Shown: one piece after another, positions 9,575 to 19,558 of the stretch
How the letters are laid out: every line of letters begins with the position of its first letter
Position numbering within the stretch: position 1 is the first letter of the stretch
Assembly (NCBI RefSeq): GCF_002087085.1
Contig: NZ_MWQY01000013.1
Span: 1-64,000 of the forward strand
DNA: 64,000 nt
Reading direction: 5' to 3'
The notes under the pieces: generated by a model
Databases searched by the model: none
Told to the model about the DNA's origin: nothing
Seen by the model: the letters and a program-made list of their open reading frames with translations, nothing else
Translations under genes and position numbers: made by a program

Positions 9575-10894
9575 TCAGTTCCGTTCCTTTTTTGTCAGTT
9601 CTCTGACCAGTTTAATGGCTTCCTCGGGAGAAAGACCCCCGTGGTTTTTTCTGGCGGCCAGGTCTTTTACGGTTACCGTTCCCGCCTTTCTCTCTTCCTC
9701 TCCCAGAAGAACCGCCGCCAGGGCCCCTTTCTTTTCCGCAAAACTGAACTGGGCTCCCAGCTTGCGGGGATCCGGATACACCTCGGCACGGATACCTGCG
9801 GCACGCAGTCTGCGGGCTAAGGCGTGGAAGTCGCCGGTACCCTCTTCATCCATACAGAGCACCATGGCTTCCACCGGGGCCTCTTTCCGTCCGGAGCTTC
9901 CGATCTCCTCCAGGGCGGCCATCAGCCGGTCCAGTCCGATGGAGGCTCCCACTCCGGGCAGTTCCTGCTTTGTGTAGAGGGATGCCAGGTTGTTGTAGCG
10001 CCCGCCGGAGCAGACCGAGCCGATCTGGGGAAGCTCATCCAGAAAAGTCTCAAAGACCACCCCGGTATAGTAATCCAGGCCCCGGGTTATGGAGGGGTCG
10101 AGCACAAAGCTTTCCTGGATTCCGCACCTTGCCATCGCCGCCTTCAGATCCTTGAGGCGGCGGGTATCCTCGTCTTCCCCGCCTGCAAGATCCTCCATCT
10201 TTTCCAGAACCGCCGAAAAATCCCCCTCCGCGCCGATGAAATCCAGAATTGCCCTGGCATTCTCCTTCCCGGATAGCTCCTCAAGGAGTTCCAGCACCGC
10301 GTCGGAACCGATCTTGGAGAGCTTGTCCACGGTCCTGAGAATCTCCGCCGAATCCTTCGCAATGCCCCGGTGGGCAAGAAAGCGGTTGAATATTCCACGA
10401 TGAGAGAGGCGGATCGTAACACCTGATACCCCCAGGGCGTGGAAAGAGTCGTGCATCATGGTCAGGATCTCGAAATCCGCCGAAGCGGTATCTGTCCCGA
10501 CGATGTCGAAATCGCACTGCATGAACTCCCGGTAACGTCCCCGCTGGGTGTTCTCGCCGCGGAATACTTTTGCCATGTGGTAGCGCTTGAAAGGAAGGTA
10601 GAGTTCGTTTACATGGGCGGCCATGAAACGGGCAAAGGGAACGGTAAGGTCGAAGCGCATGGCCACATCCCGGCCGCCGTGGTCTTCAAAGCGGTAGACC
10701 TGCTTGTCCGTCTCTCCGCCTCCCTTGCCTAAAAGAACCTCGGTGTATTCCAGTATGGGGGTATCGATGGGAACAAAACCGAAAAGACGGAACTGCTCCT
10801 CCAGTATCTTTACAATGCCCCGGCGCTGGATTTCCGTTTCCGGCAGAAAATCACGGAAGCCTTTCAGGACCCGGGGTTGGATTATGGACGCCAT
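9575..10894 (-). CDS. hisS: histidine--tRNA ligase
   Basis: KGFRDFLP, RFDLTVPFAR, GRYREFMQCD, RGLDYYTG and GGRY. Confidence 0.97.
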   Translation of the reverse strand: MASIIQPRVLKGFRDFLPETEIQRRGIVKILEEQFRLFGFVPIDTPILEYTEVLLGKGGGETDKQVYRFEDHGGRDVAMRFDLTVPFARFMAAHVNELYLPFKRYHMAKVFRGENTQRGRYREFMQCDFDIVGTDTASADFEILTMMHDSFHALGVSGVTIRLSHRGIFNRFLAHRGIAKDSAEILRTVDKLSKIGSDAVLELLEELSGKENARAILDFIGAEGDFSAVLEKMEDLAGGEDEDTRRLKDLKAAMARCGIQESFVLDPSITRGLDYYTGVVFETFLDELPQIGSVCSGGRYNNLASLYTKQELPGVGASIGLDRLMAALEEIGSSGRKEAPVEAMVLCMDEEGTGDFHALARRLRAAGIRAEVYPDPRKLGAQFSFAEKKGALAAVLLGEEERKAGTVTVKDLAARKNHGGLSPEEAIKLVRELTKKERN

Positions 10895-11055
10895 TGGAGT
10901 ACCTCGCTTGCAGAAGTATAGTGCTGCTTCTACTATGAACTACTGGGCTTTCATTTTCAAGCGTTCATACGGTGCTTGAAATTAAGTATAAAACACGTTA
11001 TATCTAAGAGTTGTACACAAAAACAAACAATGCATTTTCGTAAGCAGGTACACCA

Positions 11056-12252
11056 TTGCTGATCCGGTACGGTATTGACAAAGCAGGAAAGCGCTATGAA
11101 CGCGCCCGCATCTACACGCTTGAAGAACACAGAATTTCACGACAAAAGATAGACAAAGAGGCCCTCATTATAACCGATCGTCTCCAGCGGGAGGGCTATC
11201 ACGCCTATATCGTCGGCGGGGCAGTCCGGGACCTTCTGATCGGGAAAACCCCCAAGGATTTTGATATTACCACCGACGCACAACCTAAAAAGGTGCGCAG
11301 GCTCTTCTGGAATTCCCGGATAATCGGCCGCCGCTTCCGGCTGGTGCACGTTCATTTCAAGGATGGAAAGATTATCGAGGTTTCCACCTTTCGTTCCAAC
11401 GAACCCGGTGCGGACAATAATGATTTCGGTACCCTGGAAGAGGATGTGGAGCGCCGGGATTTTTCCATTAACGCCCTTTATTACGATCCCAAAAAAGAGT
11501 ACGTCTACGATTTTGTCTCTGCCATGAAGGATGTACGCAGTAAACGCATGCGTTCACTGCTGCCTTTGGAGACGACCTTTCAGGATGATCCGGTCCGGAT
11601 GATCCGGGCGGTAAAATACGCTGCCGCCGGCCAGTTTTCCATTCCCTTCGGCTTGAGAAAGGCCATCAGGAAAAACGCAGGAGAGCTGGAGAACATATCC
11701 AGTTCCAGGATGACCGAAGAGGTCTTCAAGGTTCTGGAGGGCGGGTCCTCCGCGGCGATTATACGACTGGCGGAGCAGTACGGCCTGCTTTCTTTCATGA
11801 TCCCCTCCCTTCTTGAGGAGATCAGCGGAATCGGAGGTAAAAAGGCATTCCGTGAGTTTCTCAGTCTTCTCGATGAACTGGATAAAAGAATCGCCGGGGC
11901 CGGGGAACCCTTGAGCAGGGGCGAGCTTATCCAGCGGATCTTTGGTCCTTACCTGCGTCTTCCCGGAGACGAGGGGTATGATCAGCTCTTCAAAACAGCC
12001 TTCCGCGGTTTCAAGGGGCTTCTCTCGCCTCTGACACCCCCCAATCTGGACGTCGAAAACGCCGTCAAACTGCTTTTTGATGAGCGGGGGATTGTCAAGG
12101 AAAAGAAGAAGAAAAAGAAGCGCCGCCGTCGGAAACGTACAAAAAAGGCCCCCTCCGAAGAGGGGACCAGGTTACAGGAGGAGTCTGTTCAGGCTCCTGC
12201 ATCGGGTTCTGATTCATCGGATACGGGGTCATCAGGTTCCTCGGGGTCCTGA
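11056..12252 (+). CDS. pcnB: poly(A) polymerase
   Basis: VGGAVRDLL..PKDFD, the PAP signature IIGRRFRLVHV, RRDFSINAL and DDPVRMIRA. Confidence 0.9.
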   Translation: MLIRYGIDKAGKRYERARIYTLEEHRISRQKIDKEALIITDRLQREGYHAYIVGGAVRDLLIGKTPKDFDITTDAQPKKVRRLFWNSRIIGRRFRLVHVHFKDGKIIEVSTFRSNEPGADNNDFGTLEEDVERRDFSINALYYDPKKEYVYDFVSAMKDVRSKRMRSLLPLETTFQDDPVRMIRAVKYAAAGQFSIPFGLRKAIRKNAGELENISSSRMTEEVFKVLEGGSSAAIIRLAEQYGLLSFMIPSLLEEISGIGGKKAFREFLSLLDELDKRIAGAGEPLSRGELIQRIFGPYLRLPGDEGYDQLFKTAFRGFKGLLSPLTPPNLDVENAVKLLFDERGIVKEKKKKKKRRRRKRTKKAPSEEGTRLQEESVQAPASGSDSSDTGSSGSSGS

Positions 12253-13493
12253 ACCGCTTCTTCCCCGTCGGGAGCTGTTTTCTCTGGCTCATCCGTTTCC
12301 AGTCTGGTCAGGAGCTCCCGGGCCTTTACGCCGTAGCCTTCGGGGTCTTCTTCTATTACATAGCTGAGCAGCTCTTTTGCCTCATCGTCCCTGCGGGCGG
12401 AGTAGGCGGTAATGCCCCTGGCATAATAAATGAGTCCCGCAGCCCCGCCTCTGTCCATGGCGAGCTGGTAGTAGTTATCGGAGGCGCTGTAATCCTGCCG
12501 GGCGTATTCAATAAGCCCCAGGTAGTAGTAGGGGATGTAATGGTTCTGTCTGAGTTCCAGGGAACGGGTGAAGAGTTCTTCCGCTGTTGTGTAATCCTCA
12601 CGGTTATAGGCGACAATTCCTTCCTGAACCAGCTCCGGAAATGTCTTTATGTTCCGTACGTACTCCTCGAAGTCTTCAAGAAAACGGTCCTTGTCCACCC
12701 AGCCGAAGCCCTTCTCAATAACGATGGTCTCGTTCTCCTGGCGGCTTGCGTCCTTTTTGAGGGATGAGAGGGTATCCCAGATAATACGGTTATACTCTTT
12801 ATCACCGCTGTTCAAAAGAAAATGGATGAGTCCCCAGCTCTGGGCATAGAAGCTTTCTATCCGGCTGTTGGCGGCCGCCACGTCCATGGTAAGCAGAATC
12901 GAGACGGGGATCACTTCGCTTTCGAGGGCAATATAGGTCTTCAGGCTTTTAAGCCATGCCAGGTTCTCCCGGTATTCAGCGCGATCCTGCTCGGGCACAT
13001 AACGGGAGTTTTCCAGGTAGATCGCCATGCCCTTTTGGAGCCAGAGGGGAGGGTGGGGAACAAAACTCTTGAGATACTGGATAAAGGAGTGGTGCACCAG
13101 GGAGCTTTCGAAGCCCGGACCGGTTTCATAGCCCACCAGTTCATTCATGCCCGGATCGCTGTACTGGAGATACACAAAGGAGTCCCTGGGCTCGCCGATG
13201 ATCTTTTCGAGATAGCCGGCATAGCTCTCCCGGTCGGAGAAAATTCTCACCTTCAGTTTTTCCTTTAATCCTGTTCGTTCAAAATGGAGATACTCTTCAA
13301 AGAGCTCCCCGTAGGCGTCCAGCTGGCGTGCAAGATTCTGAGCTCTGGATACCGGCCCGGTGTAGAATGCCCGGTAGTAATCGCTCCCGGCCTGGGAAAA
13401 CTCCGGGGCCTGGGCGAGCAGAGTTCCCGCTGTCAGCAGTAAGCTTATTATCAGAGCCGTCTTTGCGACTCCGCTGTGTGTGACCCGCTTCAT
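12189..13493 (-). CDS. exported DUF1570/peptidase-MA-like protein with C-terminal TPRs, metal motif degenerate
   Basis: Signal peptide from MKRVTH (SD aaggaggg); LVHHSFIQY, PLWLQKGMA, YAQSWGLIHFL and TPR helices. Confidence 0.7.
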   Translation of the reverse strand: MKRVTHSGVAKTALIISLLLTAGTLLAQAPEFSQAGSDYYRAFYTGPVSRAQNLARQLDAYGELFEEYLHFERTGLKEKLKVRIFSDRESYAGYLEKIIGEPRDSFVYLQYSDPGMNELVGYETGPGFESSLVHHSFIQYLKSFVPHPPLWLQKGMAIYLENSRYVPEQDRAEYRENLAWLKSLKTYIALESEVIPVSILLTMDVAAANSRIESFYAQSWGLIHFLLNSGDKEYNRIIWDTLSSLKKDASRQENETIVIEKGFGWVDKDRFLEDFEEYVRNIKTFPELVQEGIVAYNREDYTTAEELFTRSLELRQNHYIPYYYLGLIEYARQDYSASDNYYQLAMDRGGAAGLIYYARGITAYSARRDDEAKELLSYVIEEDPEGYGVKARELLTRLETDEPEKTAPDGEEAVQDPEEPDDPVSDESEPDAGA

Positions 13494-13555
13494 CTGTCCT
13501 GATCCCTCCTTCCTGTTACTTCCCATATTATCTATCGACAGGCACCCCTATAATC

Positions 13556-14440
13556 TCAAATTCTCCTCATTTCCCGGGAACTGAAGTCCTCGATGATCAC
13601 ATTTACCTTCTGGATCATGATTCCGGCGTAGCGTTCCAGGTTGTCGATGAGGTACTCCTGAAAGCCGTGGAGGTTTCCCGAGAGCTGCACCCCGTAGGGA
13701 ACATGGATGTGCAGGGTCAGAATATAGCCGTGGGAGTCGATACGGGCATGGACCTTTTTCAGGGTGATGGTGGAGTCGTATTCCTCCGCACAGTGGAGCA
13801 CCATCTGGGTAAGGGCGGCCTTGGAGATGGAAACCCTTCCCCGTTTGGAGAATTCCGGCCGTACAACGGTTTTTTCAAAAACCTGCTGCCTGCTGGAGGT
13901 CAGAAAGGGGAGCTTGTTTTTCAGGAATATCTTGACTGAATCATAGACAATGTGGGAGTAGTTGCGGGCTATTTCCACCGAGGGGACGGGTATTATATGC
14001 TTTCCTTCGATCTTTCGGGATCGGATGGCCGTCTCGATCTCGTCGGTGGTGGCGATGTCCTCTATCTTGATCATCTTCGAGATTGACGGCAGGCGCAGCC
14101 GCTTGCAGATCTTCTCCACCATCCGTTCACTGGTGCCTATAAGGAGTATGCGCTTGAACTTTGTTTCGTGCAGGGCTGACAGAACCTCCGCCCGGTGTTC
14201 GTGATCGTCAAAGAGGGCGGTTTTAATGGCTCCCAGGTAGGCCTTCTCTTTCTTTGCCGATTTTCCGGCGATGATCTTCTGGTCATGTATAAGGAGACCG
14301 TCGTCGATTATGAGCTCTATGCCGTACTTCTGGGCCACGAGTTTTGCCCTGAAGCTTTTTCCGGTACCGCTGCGTCCCACCAGGGCAAATACCTTGATCC
14401 CTTTAAGGAGGAACTGGATGTGGTTGAATATGCGTTTCAC
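13556..14440 (-). CDS. P-loop ATPase-like protein with C-terminal Asp23/Gls24-like domain
   Basis: ALVGRSGTGKS and IIDDGLLI; C-terminal GRVSIS...YG...IQKVNVII. GTG at 14440 is supported by promoter spacing. Confidence 0.75.
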   Translation of the reverse strand: MKRIFNHIQFLLKGIKVFALVGRSGTGKSFRAKLVAQKYGIELIIDDGLLIHDQKIIAGKSAKKEKAYLGAIKTALFDDHEHRAEVLSALHETKFKRILLIGTSERMVEKICKRLRLPSISKMIKIEDIATTDEIETAIRSRKIEGKHIIPVPSVEIARNYSHIVYDSVKIFLKNKLPFLTSSRQQVFEKTVVRPEFSKRGRVSISKAALTQMVLHCAEEYDSTITLKKVHARIDSHGYILTLHIHVPYGVQLSGNLHGFQEYLIDNLERYAGIMIQKVNVIIEDFSSREMRRI

Positions 14441-14446
14441 ATCCAA

Positions 14447-14497
14447 ACTATACTCTTTTCGTCCTGCCTTGACAAATGGCGGGGAGGCGGGGAAAAT
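14447..14497. promoter_or_regulatory. back-to-back sigma70-like promoters with overlapping -35 boxes
   Basis: Minus strand TTGTCA-N17-TATAGT; plus strand TTGACA-N17-GAAAAT. Both -35 hexamers lie within ttgacaa at 14469-14475. Confidence 0.55.
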
Positions 14498-14530
14498 ACC
14501 TTCAGCATGATCGCCTGCGGGGTAAGTTAA

Positions 14531-14986
14531 GTGTATCGCCTTCTCAGTCATCCAGTTTTTTTATCGGCGATCTTCGGCTGGTTTATGGCTCAGTTCGTCA
14601 AGGCCGCCGTTGAATTGTTCAAACCCCGTTCCCTCAAATCCCGGGATGTAGTCTACAGTCTTCTGTGGCGTACCGGAGGGATGCCTTCGAGCCACTCCTC
14701 GACGACTGCTGCGCTGACCACCTCCCTCGGATTCATCGAGGGAATGGATTCCCCGATTTTCATTTCCATGCTCTTCTTTTCCATGCTTGTCATCCGCGAC
14801 GCCCTTGGTGTGCGCCGTTCGGCGGGGCTGCAGGCCAGAGCCCTGAACAATCTTGGTGCGGAGCTGCAGAAACGCTATAAAATCCCCTTTCATCCGGTAA
14901 AAGAGGTTCACGGACACACCCCGGCGGAGGTTTTTATCGGGGCGCTTCTCGGCTTCTTTATCGCAGTTGCGTTCTGCAAACTGTAA
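14531..14986 (+). CDS. divergent PAP2 family protein (DUF212)
   Basis: GGMPSSHS, DALGVRR.AG.QA..LN and KEVHGHTP.EV. Confidence 0.9.
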   Translation: MYRLLSHPVFLSAIFGWFMAQFVKAAVELFKPRSLKSRDVVYSLLWRTGGMPSSHSSTTAALTTSLGFIEGMDSPIFISMLFFSMLVIRDALGVRRSAGLQARALNNLGAELQKRYKIPFHPVKEVHGHTPAEVFIGALLGFFIAVAFCKL

Positions 14987-14989
14987 GGG

Positions 14990-16513
14990 GTGGTGCTTCC
15001 CATGAAGCTGTTTGTTCGTGCGGGATTATTTGTTCTCCTCTATCTGGCTGTCTGTATCATGCTGGCAGCGGGAAAACCCGCCGAAGGTCCCCTGAAGATC
15101 TGGCCCGACTGGTATACCCTGGTTGCCAGAAACGGCAGGGATGTACAGGAACGGCTTTCTCCGGAGCTGGATATACTCTCTCCCCGCACCCTTGAGGTGG
15201 ACATCAACGGTTTTTCTTCAATGCTGCAGATTCCCCTGGATCAGGTGGAAACCAGTCTTTCGCCCCTGGATCCGCGGATCGATCCCTTTATCCGGACCCT
15301 GCCTTTTCTTTTCCGGGCCGACTGGCAGGGAGAAGAGGCGGACGTGCTGTATATTCCCCGGAGTCTTCCTCCCCGTGATGTGGAAGTCCTGCTTCGGGAA
15401 AAGGGTATCGGCTCCGAAGATGCCCTCCTTGTGGATACGAGTCGTCCCTCTAATCTGCCCCTGGTGCTTACCTTTCTGTTGGTCGCTCTGCCTGTACTTA
15501 TCCTGCAGCCTTCCCGGCGTCTGCTGTCCGCTCTTATGCTGCTCCCCTGGGGTATCGGCATACTTTTTTCCGGCAGGGACGCCGCTTTTCTGGCCCTCCT
15601 GGCCCTCTTTGTCATTCCCCGGCTGCTTTCCCTGGTTCTGCCTTTTCTGCTTCGCCGGTATCACGACAGGGAGACGGCTCTGGAACCGGCTTTTCGCTTC
15701 GAAGCAGCCCTGCTGGCCCTCGGGCTCTTTACCGGTATGGCCATGTACGGGGCCTTTGTCTCCTTTGCCGATTTTCTGCGTTTTCCCTTTTCCGCGGCCC
15801 TTGCAGCCCTTGCCCTGCTGCGCTTCAGGCTGCTGATCGAGGAACACCGGCAGAAGCAGCTTCTGCATTCCCTCTTTGTACCGGTCTCTCTGGGGAGCCC
15901 GCGGGAGAAGGGCGGAAAGATGACCCTCCAGGCAGCGGCTGCGGCCTGCGGGATGTTGATAGTACTTCTGCTGCCAGCGGGGCTGGAAGAGACGGATCTC
16001 AAGCTGCCCGTCCCGGTGGAACTTGCCCTTCCTGCGAAGGACCTTGACCGGAGTCTTGCCGCCCTGGAGGAGCTTGGGCGGAAACAGGACGCCCCGTCGC
16101 TGCCCCTCTACCTGACCCACCGGTATTTCCAGGAGAATTACCTTTACCATCCGGATTTTTCCCTTCCAAAATTGAACGGCGAGCTTGCCATCGAGAACTA
16201 TCGGGAGGCCGAGGGCCGGATTCTCTCGGAAAGAAATACTGTATGGCGGTTTACATATACTTGGTATACAGATATAATCAGTGACGATACCGACCGAATA
16301 AAAGATTTTTTCATTCACGAAGGCATACCGAAAGGTATTCTGCGCACTACGATTACCTTCGGCCGAACTCCTGTCTATGGCGTCTATACGGGCTTCGGAC
16401 TCCTGTTCTCCTTTGCAGCCATACGTCTGTTCCAGGGCGCAAGGGGAAGAAGGCGATTAATCGGCTGCAGCACTAGAAGATTCGAATCAAGGAGAATGAG
16501 CCAAACTGCATGA
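14990..16513 (+). CDS. hypothetical multi-pass membrane protein
   Basis: Long ORF with several hydrophobic segments; its stop overlaps the rnfC start (ATGA). Confidence 0.7.
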   Translation: MVLPMKLFVRAGLFVLLYLAVCIMLAAGKPAEGPLKIWPDWYTLVARNGRDVQERLSPELDILSPRTLEVDINGFSSMLQIPLDQVETSLSPLDPRIDPFIRTLPFLFRADWQGEEADVLYIPRSLPPRDVEVLLREKGIGSEDALLVDTSRPSNLPLVLTFLLVALPVLILQPSRRLLSALMLLPWGIGILFSGRDAAFLALLALFVIPRLLSLVLPFLLRRYHDRETALEPAFRFEAALLALGLFTGMAMYGAFVSFADFLRFPFSAALAALALLRFRLLIEEHRQKQLLHSLFVPVSLGSPREKGGKMTLQAAAAACGMLIVLLLPAGLEETDLKLPVPVELALPAKDLDRSLAALEELGRKQDAPSLPLYLTHRYFQENYLYHPDFSLPKLNGELAIENYREAEGRILSERNTVWRFTYTWYTDIISDDTDRIKDFFIHEGIPKGILRTTITFGRTPVYGVYTGFGLLFSFAAIRLFQGARGRRRLIGCSTRRFESRRMSQTA

Positions 16514-17871
16514 AAACAATAAACGAAAATAAGACCGTTTTTACCTTCACCAGGGGGGGGATCCATCCTCCGGATAACAAGCATTACAGCGAGGGCATCG
16601 CCATCACGGACGCGCCGGTCCCCGAACTCTTCATCGTACCCCTCTCTCAGCACCTGGGAAGCCCCGCGGAGCCGGTGGTTGAAGCGGGTGATACCGTGGC
16701 CTACGGCGATCTTCTGGCAAAATCCAGCGGGTTTATCTCCGCGAATATACACAGCCCCTGTGCGGGGGAGGTGAAGGAGTTTACCGAGATATTTCTGCCC
16801 CATGGCGGAAGATCCAAAGCTGTGGTAATCGCCTCCGACGGTTCCGCTCCTCCGGATTTTCCCGAGACCGATGACTGGAAGTCCATGGGCAAGGAGGACA
16901 TCCTCAAGGCCATAGCAGACTACGGTATCGTCGGAATGGGCGGAGCGACCTTTCCTGCCCATGTAAAGTTTTCCCTTCCCAAAGGGTACAGTGCCGAATA
17001 CCTGGTAATAAACGGAACAGAGTGCGAACCCTATCTGACCTCCGACCACCGTCTGATGCTGGAGAAAACCGAGGAGCTTTTCAAGGGGATGAGGATCCTC
17101 CATTCCGTGCTGGAACCGAAGGAGGTCCGCATCGGCATAGAGAAGAACAAACCCGACGCCATCGCACGCATGCAGGAGTTCGCCGCTAAAGCCGATTTTC
17201 CGGTCCGGGTCTTCCCCCTGAAGGTAAAATACCCCCAGGGAGATGAAAAGCAGCTTTTGAAGGCGGTAATCAACAGGGAGGTCCCGTCAGGAGCACTCCC
17301 CATTGAAGTCGGTGCCGTGGTTGCCAACATCGGAACGGTAAACGCCGTATACGAAGCAGTTGCCTGTAAAAAGGCCCTCTACGAACGGATTGTCACCGTA
17401 TCCGGCGGCGGTATTAAAAAGCCGGTGAACCTGAAGGCGAGGGTAGGTACTCCCGTGAGCATGCTGATCGAGGAGGCAGGCGGAACCGTTGATGAAACCG
17501 TCAAGCTCGTAGCCGGCGGCCCCATGATGGGTTTTGCCTTCTTTGATCCCGAAACCCCGGTAACCAAGGGTACATCGGGCATCCTGGCCCTTACGGAAAA
17601 GGAGCTGCGCCGCAGCAGGGAGACCGCCTGTATTTCCTGCGGCCGCTGTGTAGCCGCCTGTCCCATGGGACTGAATCCCAGTCGGCTCTTCAAGTTTCTG
17701 GACCATCAGGAATATGAAGAGGCCATGGCCATCGGTCTTCTGGACTGCAAGGAGTGCGGCTGCTGCGGTTTTTCCTGTCCCGCCCATATACCCCTCGTTC
17801 AGGGCATGAAGGGCGGTAAGTACGAACTGCGGCGACGCAAAGCGCGCAAGGATGCGGCGGCCAGGGCATGA
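16510..17871 (+). CDS. rnfC: Rnf complex subunit C
   Basis: GGIHPP, GMGGATFP.HVK, ECEPYLTSD, KYPQGDEK and two 4Fe-4S motifs. Confidence 0.96.
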   Translation: MKTINENKTVFTFTRGGIHPPDNKHYSEGIAITDAPVPELFIVPLSQHLGSPAEPVVEAGDTVAYGDLLAKSSGFISANIHSPCAGEVKEFTEIFLPHGGRSKAVVIASDGSAPPDFPETDDWKSMGKEDILKAIADYGIVGMGGATFPAHVKFSLPKGYSAEYLVINGTECEPYLTSDHRLMLEKTEELFKGMRILHSVLEPKEVRIGIEKNKPDAIARMQEFAAKADFPVRVFPLKVKYPQGDEKQLLKAVINREVPSGALPIEVGAVVANIGTVNAVYEAVACKKALYERIVTVSGGGIKKPVNLKARVGTPVSMLIEEAGGTVDETVKLVAGGPMMGFAFFDPETPVTKGTSGILALTEKELRRSRETACISCGRCVAACPMGLNPSRLFKFLDHQEYEEAMAIGLLDCKECGCCGFSCPAHIPLVQGMKGGKYELRRRKARKDAAARA

Positions 17872-17915
17872 GGCCCCTGGTTGATGCATGAACTCCATAT
17901 AGATATGAGGTTAGG

Positions 17916-19001
17916 ATGAACACCGATTCCCTTATAATCACGACATCGCCCCACATCCATCACCGGGACACCACCGCATCGATCATGTGGCGTGTCTCCG
18001 CCGCCCTTGCACCGGCGGCACTGTGGGGAGTATACCAGTTCGGGCTTTCGAGCCTGACGGTACTGCTGGTTTCCATTGCAAGTTGTCTGCTCTTTGAATA
18101 CTTTGCCGGACGCGCGACCGGTCGTTTTACCCTGAACGACGGCAGCGCCTTCCTTACCGGGCTTCTGGTGGGAATGAACATGCCCGGCACCATTCCCCTC
18201 TTTATTCCGGTTATCGCATCGGCCTTTGCCATCCTGGTGGTCAAGTGGACCTTCGGCGGGCTCGGCCGCAACTGGATGAATCCGGCCCTGGCGGGGCGGG
18301 TTTTCGTCTTTTTCTCCTGGACCGGAGATATGACCACCTGGCCGGTCCCCAGGGCCCTGCGTCTTGACGCCGTGACCATGTCGACCCCCTTGAGCAGCAT
18401 AAAAACGGGCCTCCTGGAGCTGACGGAGCCTGTATCCGGCCCCATGGCCCTGCTGCGGGATCTCGGGTTTCCGGTGAGCGATCTGGATATGAACCTGACA
18501 GCCTCTTTCCGGGGTATCTTCCCCGGCCTGGAGAACGGCTATTTTGATCTCTTTCTCGGGAACATTCCCGGCTGCATAGGCGAGGCCTCGGCCCTGCTGC
18601 TCCTTGCAGGCGGCATTTACCTGATGCTGGTCAAGATCGTCAACTGGGAGATTGTCGCCTCCTACGCGGCGAGTTTTGTCGTCCTCATCTTTCTCTTTGC
18701 GGGAATCCCTTTTGGCTCCGGTCTTTTTGCCGGAGACGTGCTGTTCCATATCCTTTCCGGGGGCTTCATGCTGGGACTCCTTTTTATGGCCACCGATATG
18801 GTCTCTTCGCCCCTTACGAAGAAGGGCATGCTGATCTACGGAGCAGGTATCGGTTTCCTGACCTTCCTCATCCGCATTTTCGGTTCCTTCCCGGAAGGGG
18901 TTTCCCTGGCGATTATCCTTATGAACATCTTTGTTCCCATGATCAACCGCTATACCCAGCCGAAGCTTTTCGGTGAAGTCCGCGAGGAGGCCGCCAAATG
19001 A
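17916..19001 (+). CDS. rnfD: Rnf complex subunit D
   Basis: SPHIH, FGGLG.N.MNPA, STPL (FMN threonine) and FMATD. Confidence 0.95.
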   Translation: MNTDSLIITTSPHIHHRDTTASIMWRVSAALAPAALWGVYQFGLSSLTVLLVSIASCLLFEYFAGRATGRFTLNDGSAFLTGLLVGMNMPGTIPLFIPVIASAFAILVVKWTFGGLGRNWMNPALAGRVFVFFSWTGDMTTWPVPRALRLDAVTMSTPLSSIKTGLLELTEPVSGPMALLRDLGFPVSDLDMNLTASFRGIFPGLENGYFDLFLGNIPGCIGEASALLLLAGGIYLMLVKIVNWEIVASYAASFVVLIFLFAGIPFGSGLFAGDVLFHILSGGFMLGLLFMATDMVSSPLTKKGMLIYGAGIGFLTFLIRIFGSFPEGVSLAIILMNIFVPMINRYTQPKLFGEVREEAAK

Positions 19002-19558
19002 AGACTATTACAGTAATCGGCGGTAAGCTCGCCCTGATCTGCGCTGTGGCCGCCTTCAGTCTCGGACTTGTCAATGCCGTAACTGCACCGCGCATAGAGG
19101 AATTGAGGCGCGCACGCCTTCAGGCAGCCCTGGCTGCTGTCGTTCCCGAAGGCTCCGCCGGAGAGTACGAAGAGGTTGCCGAAAGCGGCGTTGTCCGGGG
19201 GTACTATCCGGTAACCAGCGCCTCGGGTGAAAAGGTCGGTTATGTCCTGCGCCTGGTCGGCTCAGGCTACGGCGGCGACCTTAACATGATCGCCAGCTAC
19301 CTCAAGGACGGTACGGTGCACTCCGCTGTTCTTATGGACAACCAGGAGACCCCCGGGCTGGGAAAAGAGGCGGAGAAGCCTGAATACATGCGCATGTTCA
19401 AAGGAACCGGCGGAGAAAAAGAGGTTCCCTACCGTAAGAGCCAGCTTCCGCAGGACCAGGCGGATGCCATCTCCGGCGCAACCATAACATTCAGCGGCAT
19501 TGGCAAGGCCCTTAATACGGGCAGCGAGTTCGCCGCTGAAATGGGAGGAACAGAATGA
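18998..19558 (+). CDS. rnfG: Rnf complex subunit G
   Basis: N-terminal TM segment, GYGG, ETPGLG and DAISGATIT. Confidence 0.93.
   Translation: MKTITVIGGKLALICAVAAFSLGLVNAVTAPRIEELRRARLQAALAAVVPEGSAGEYEEVAESGVVRGYYPVTSASGEKVGYVLRLVGSGYGGDLNMIASYLKDGTVHSAVLMDNQETPGLGKEAEKPEYMRMFKGTGGEKEVPYRKSQLPQDQADAISGATITFSGIGKALNTGSEFAAEMGGTE

Noticed and set aside
8146..9606. 486-aa plus-strand ORF
   Set aside because: Antisense shadow of hrpA.
14507..14530. 7-codon uORF MIACGVS in frame with the DUF212 start
   Set aside because: The downstream GTG has its own SD (GGGGT) and the peptide has no attenuator features.
16553..16560. G8 tract in rnfC (also G8 at 21908-21915) as a phase-variation site
   Set aside because: Both encode conserved Gly-Gly motifs in frame; short and unremarkable at this GC content.
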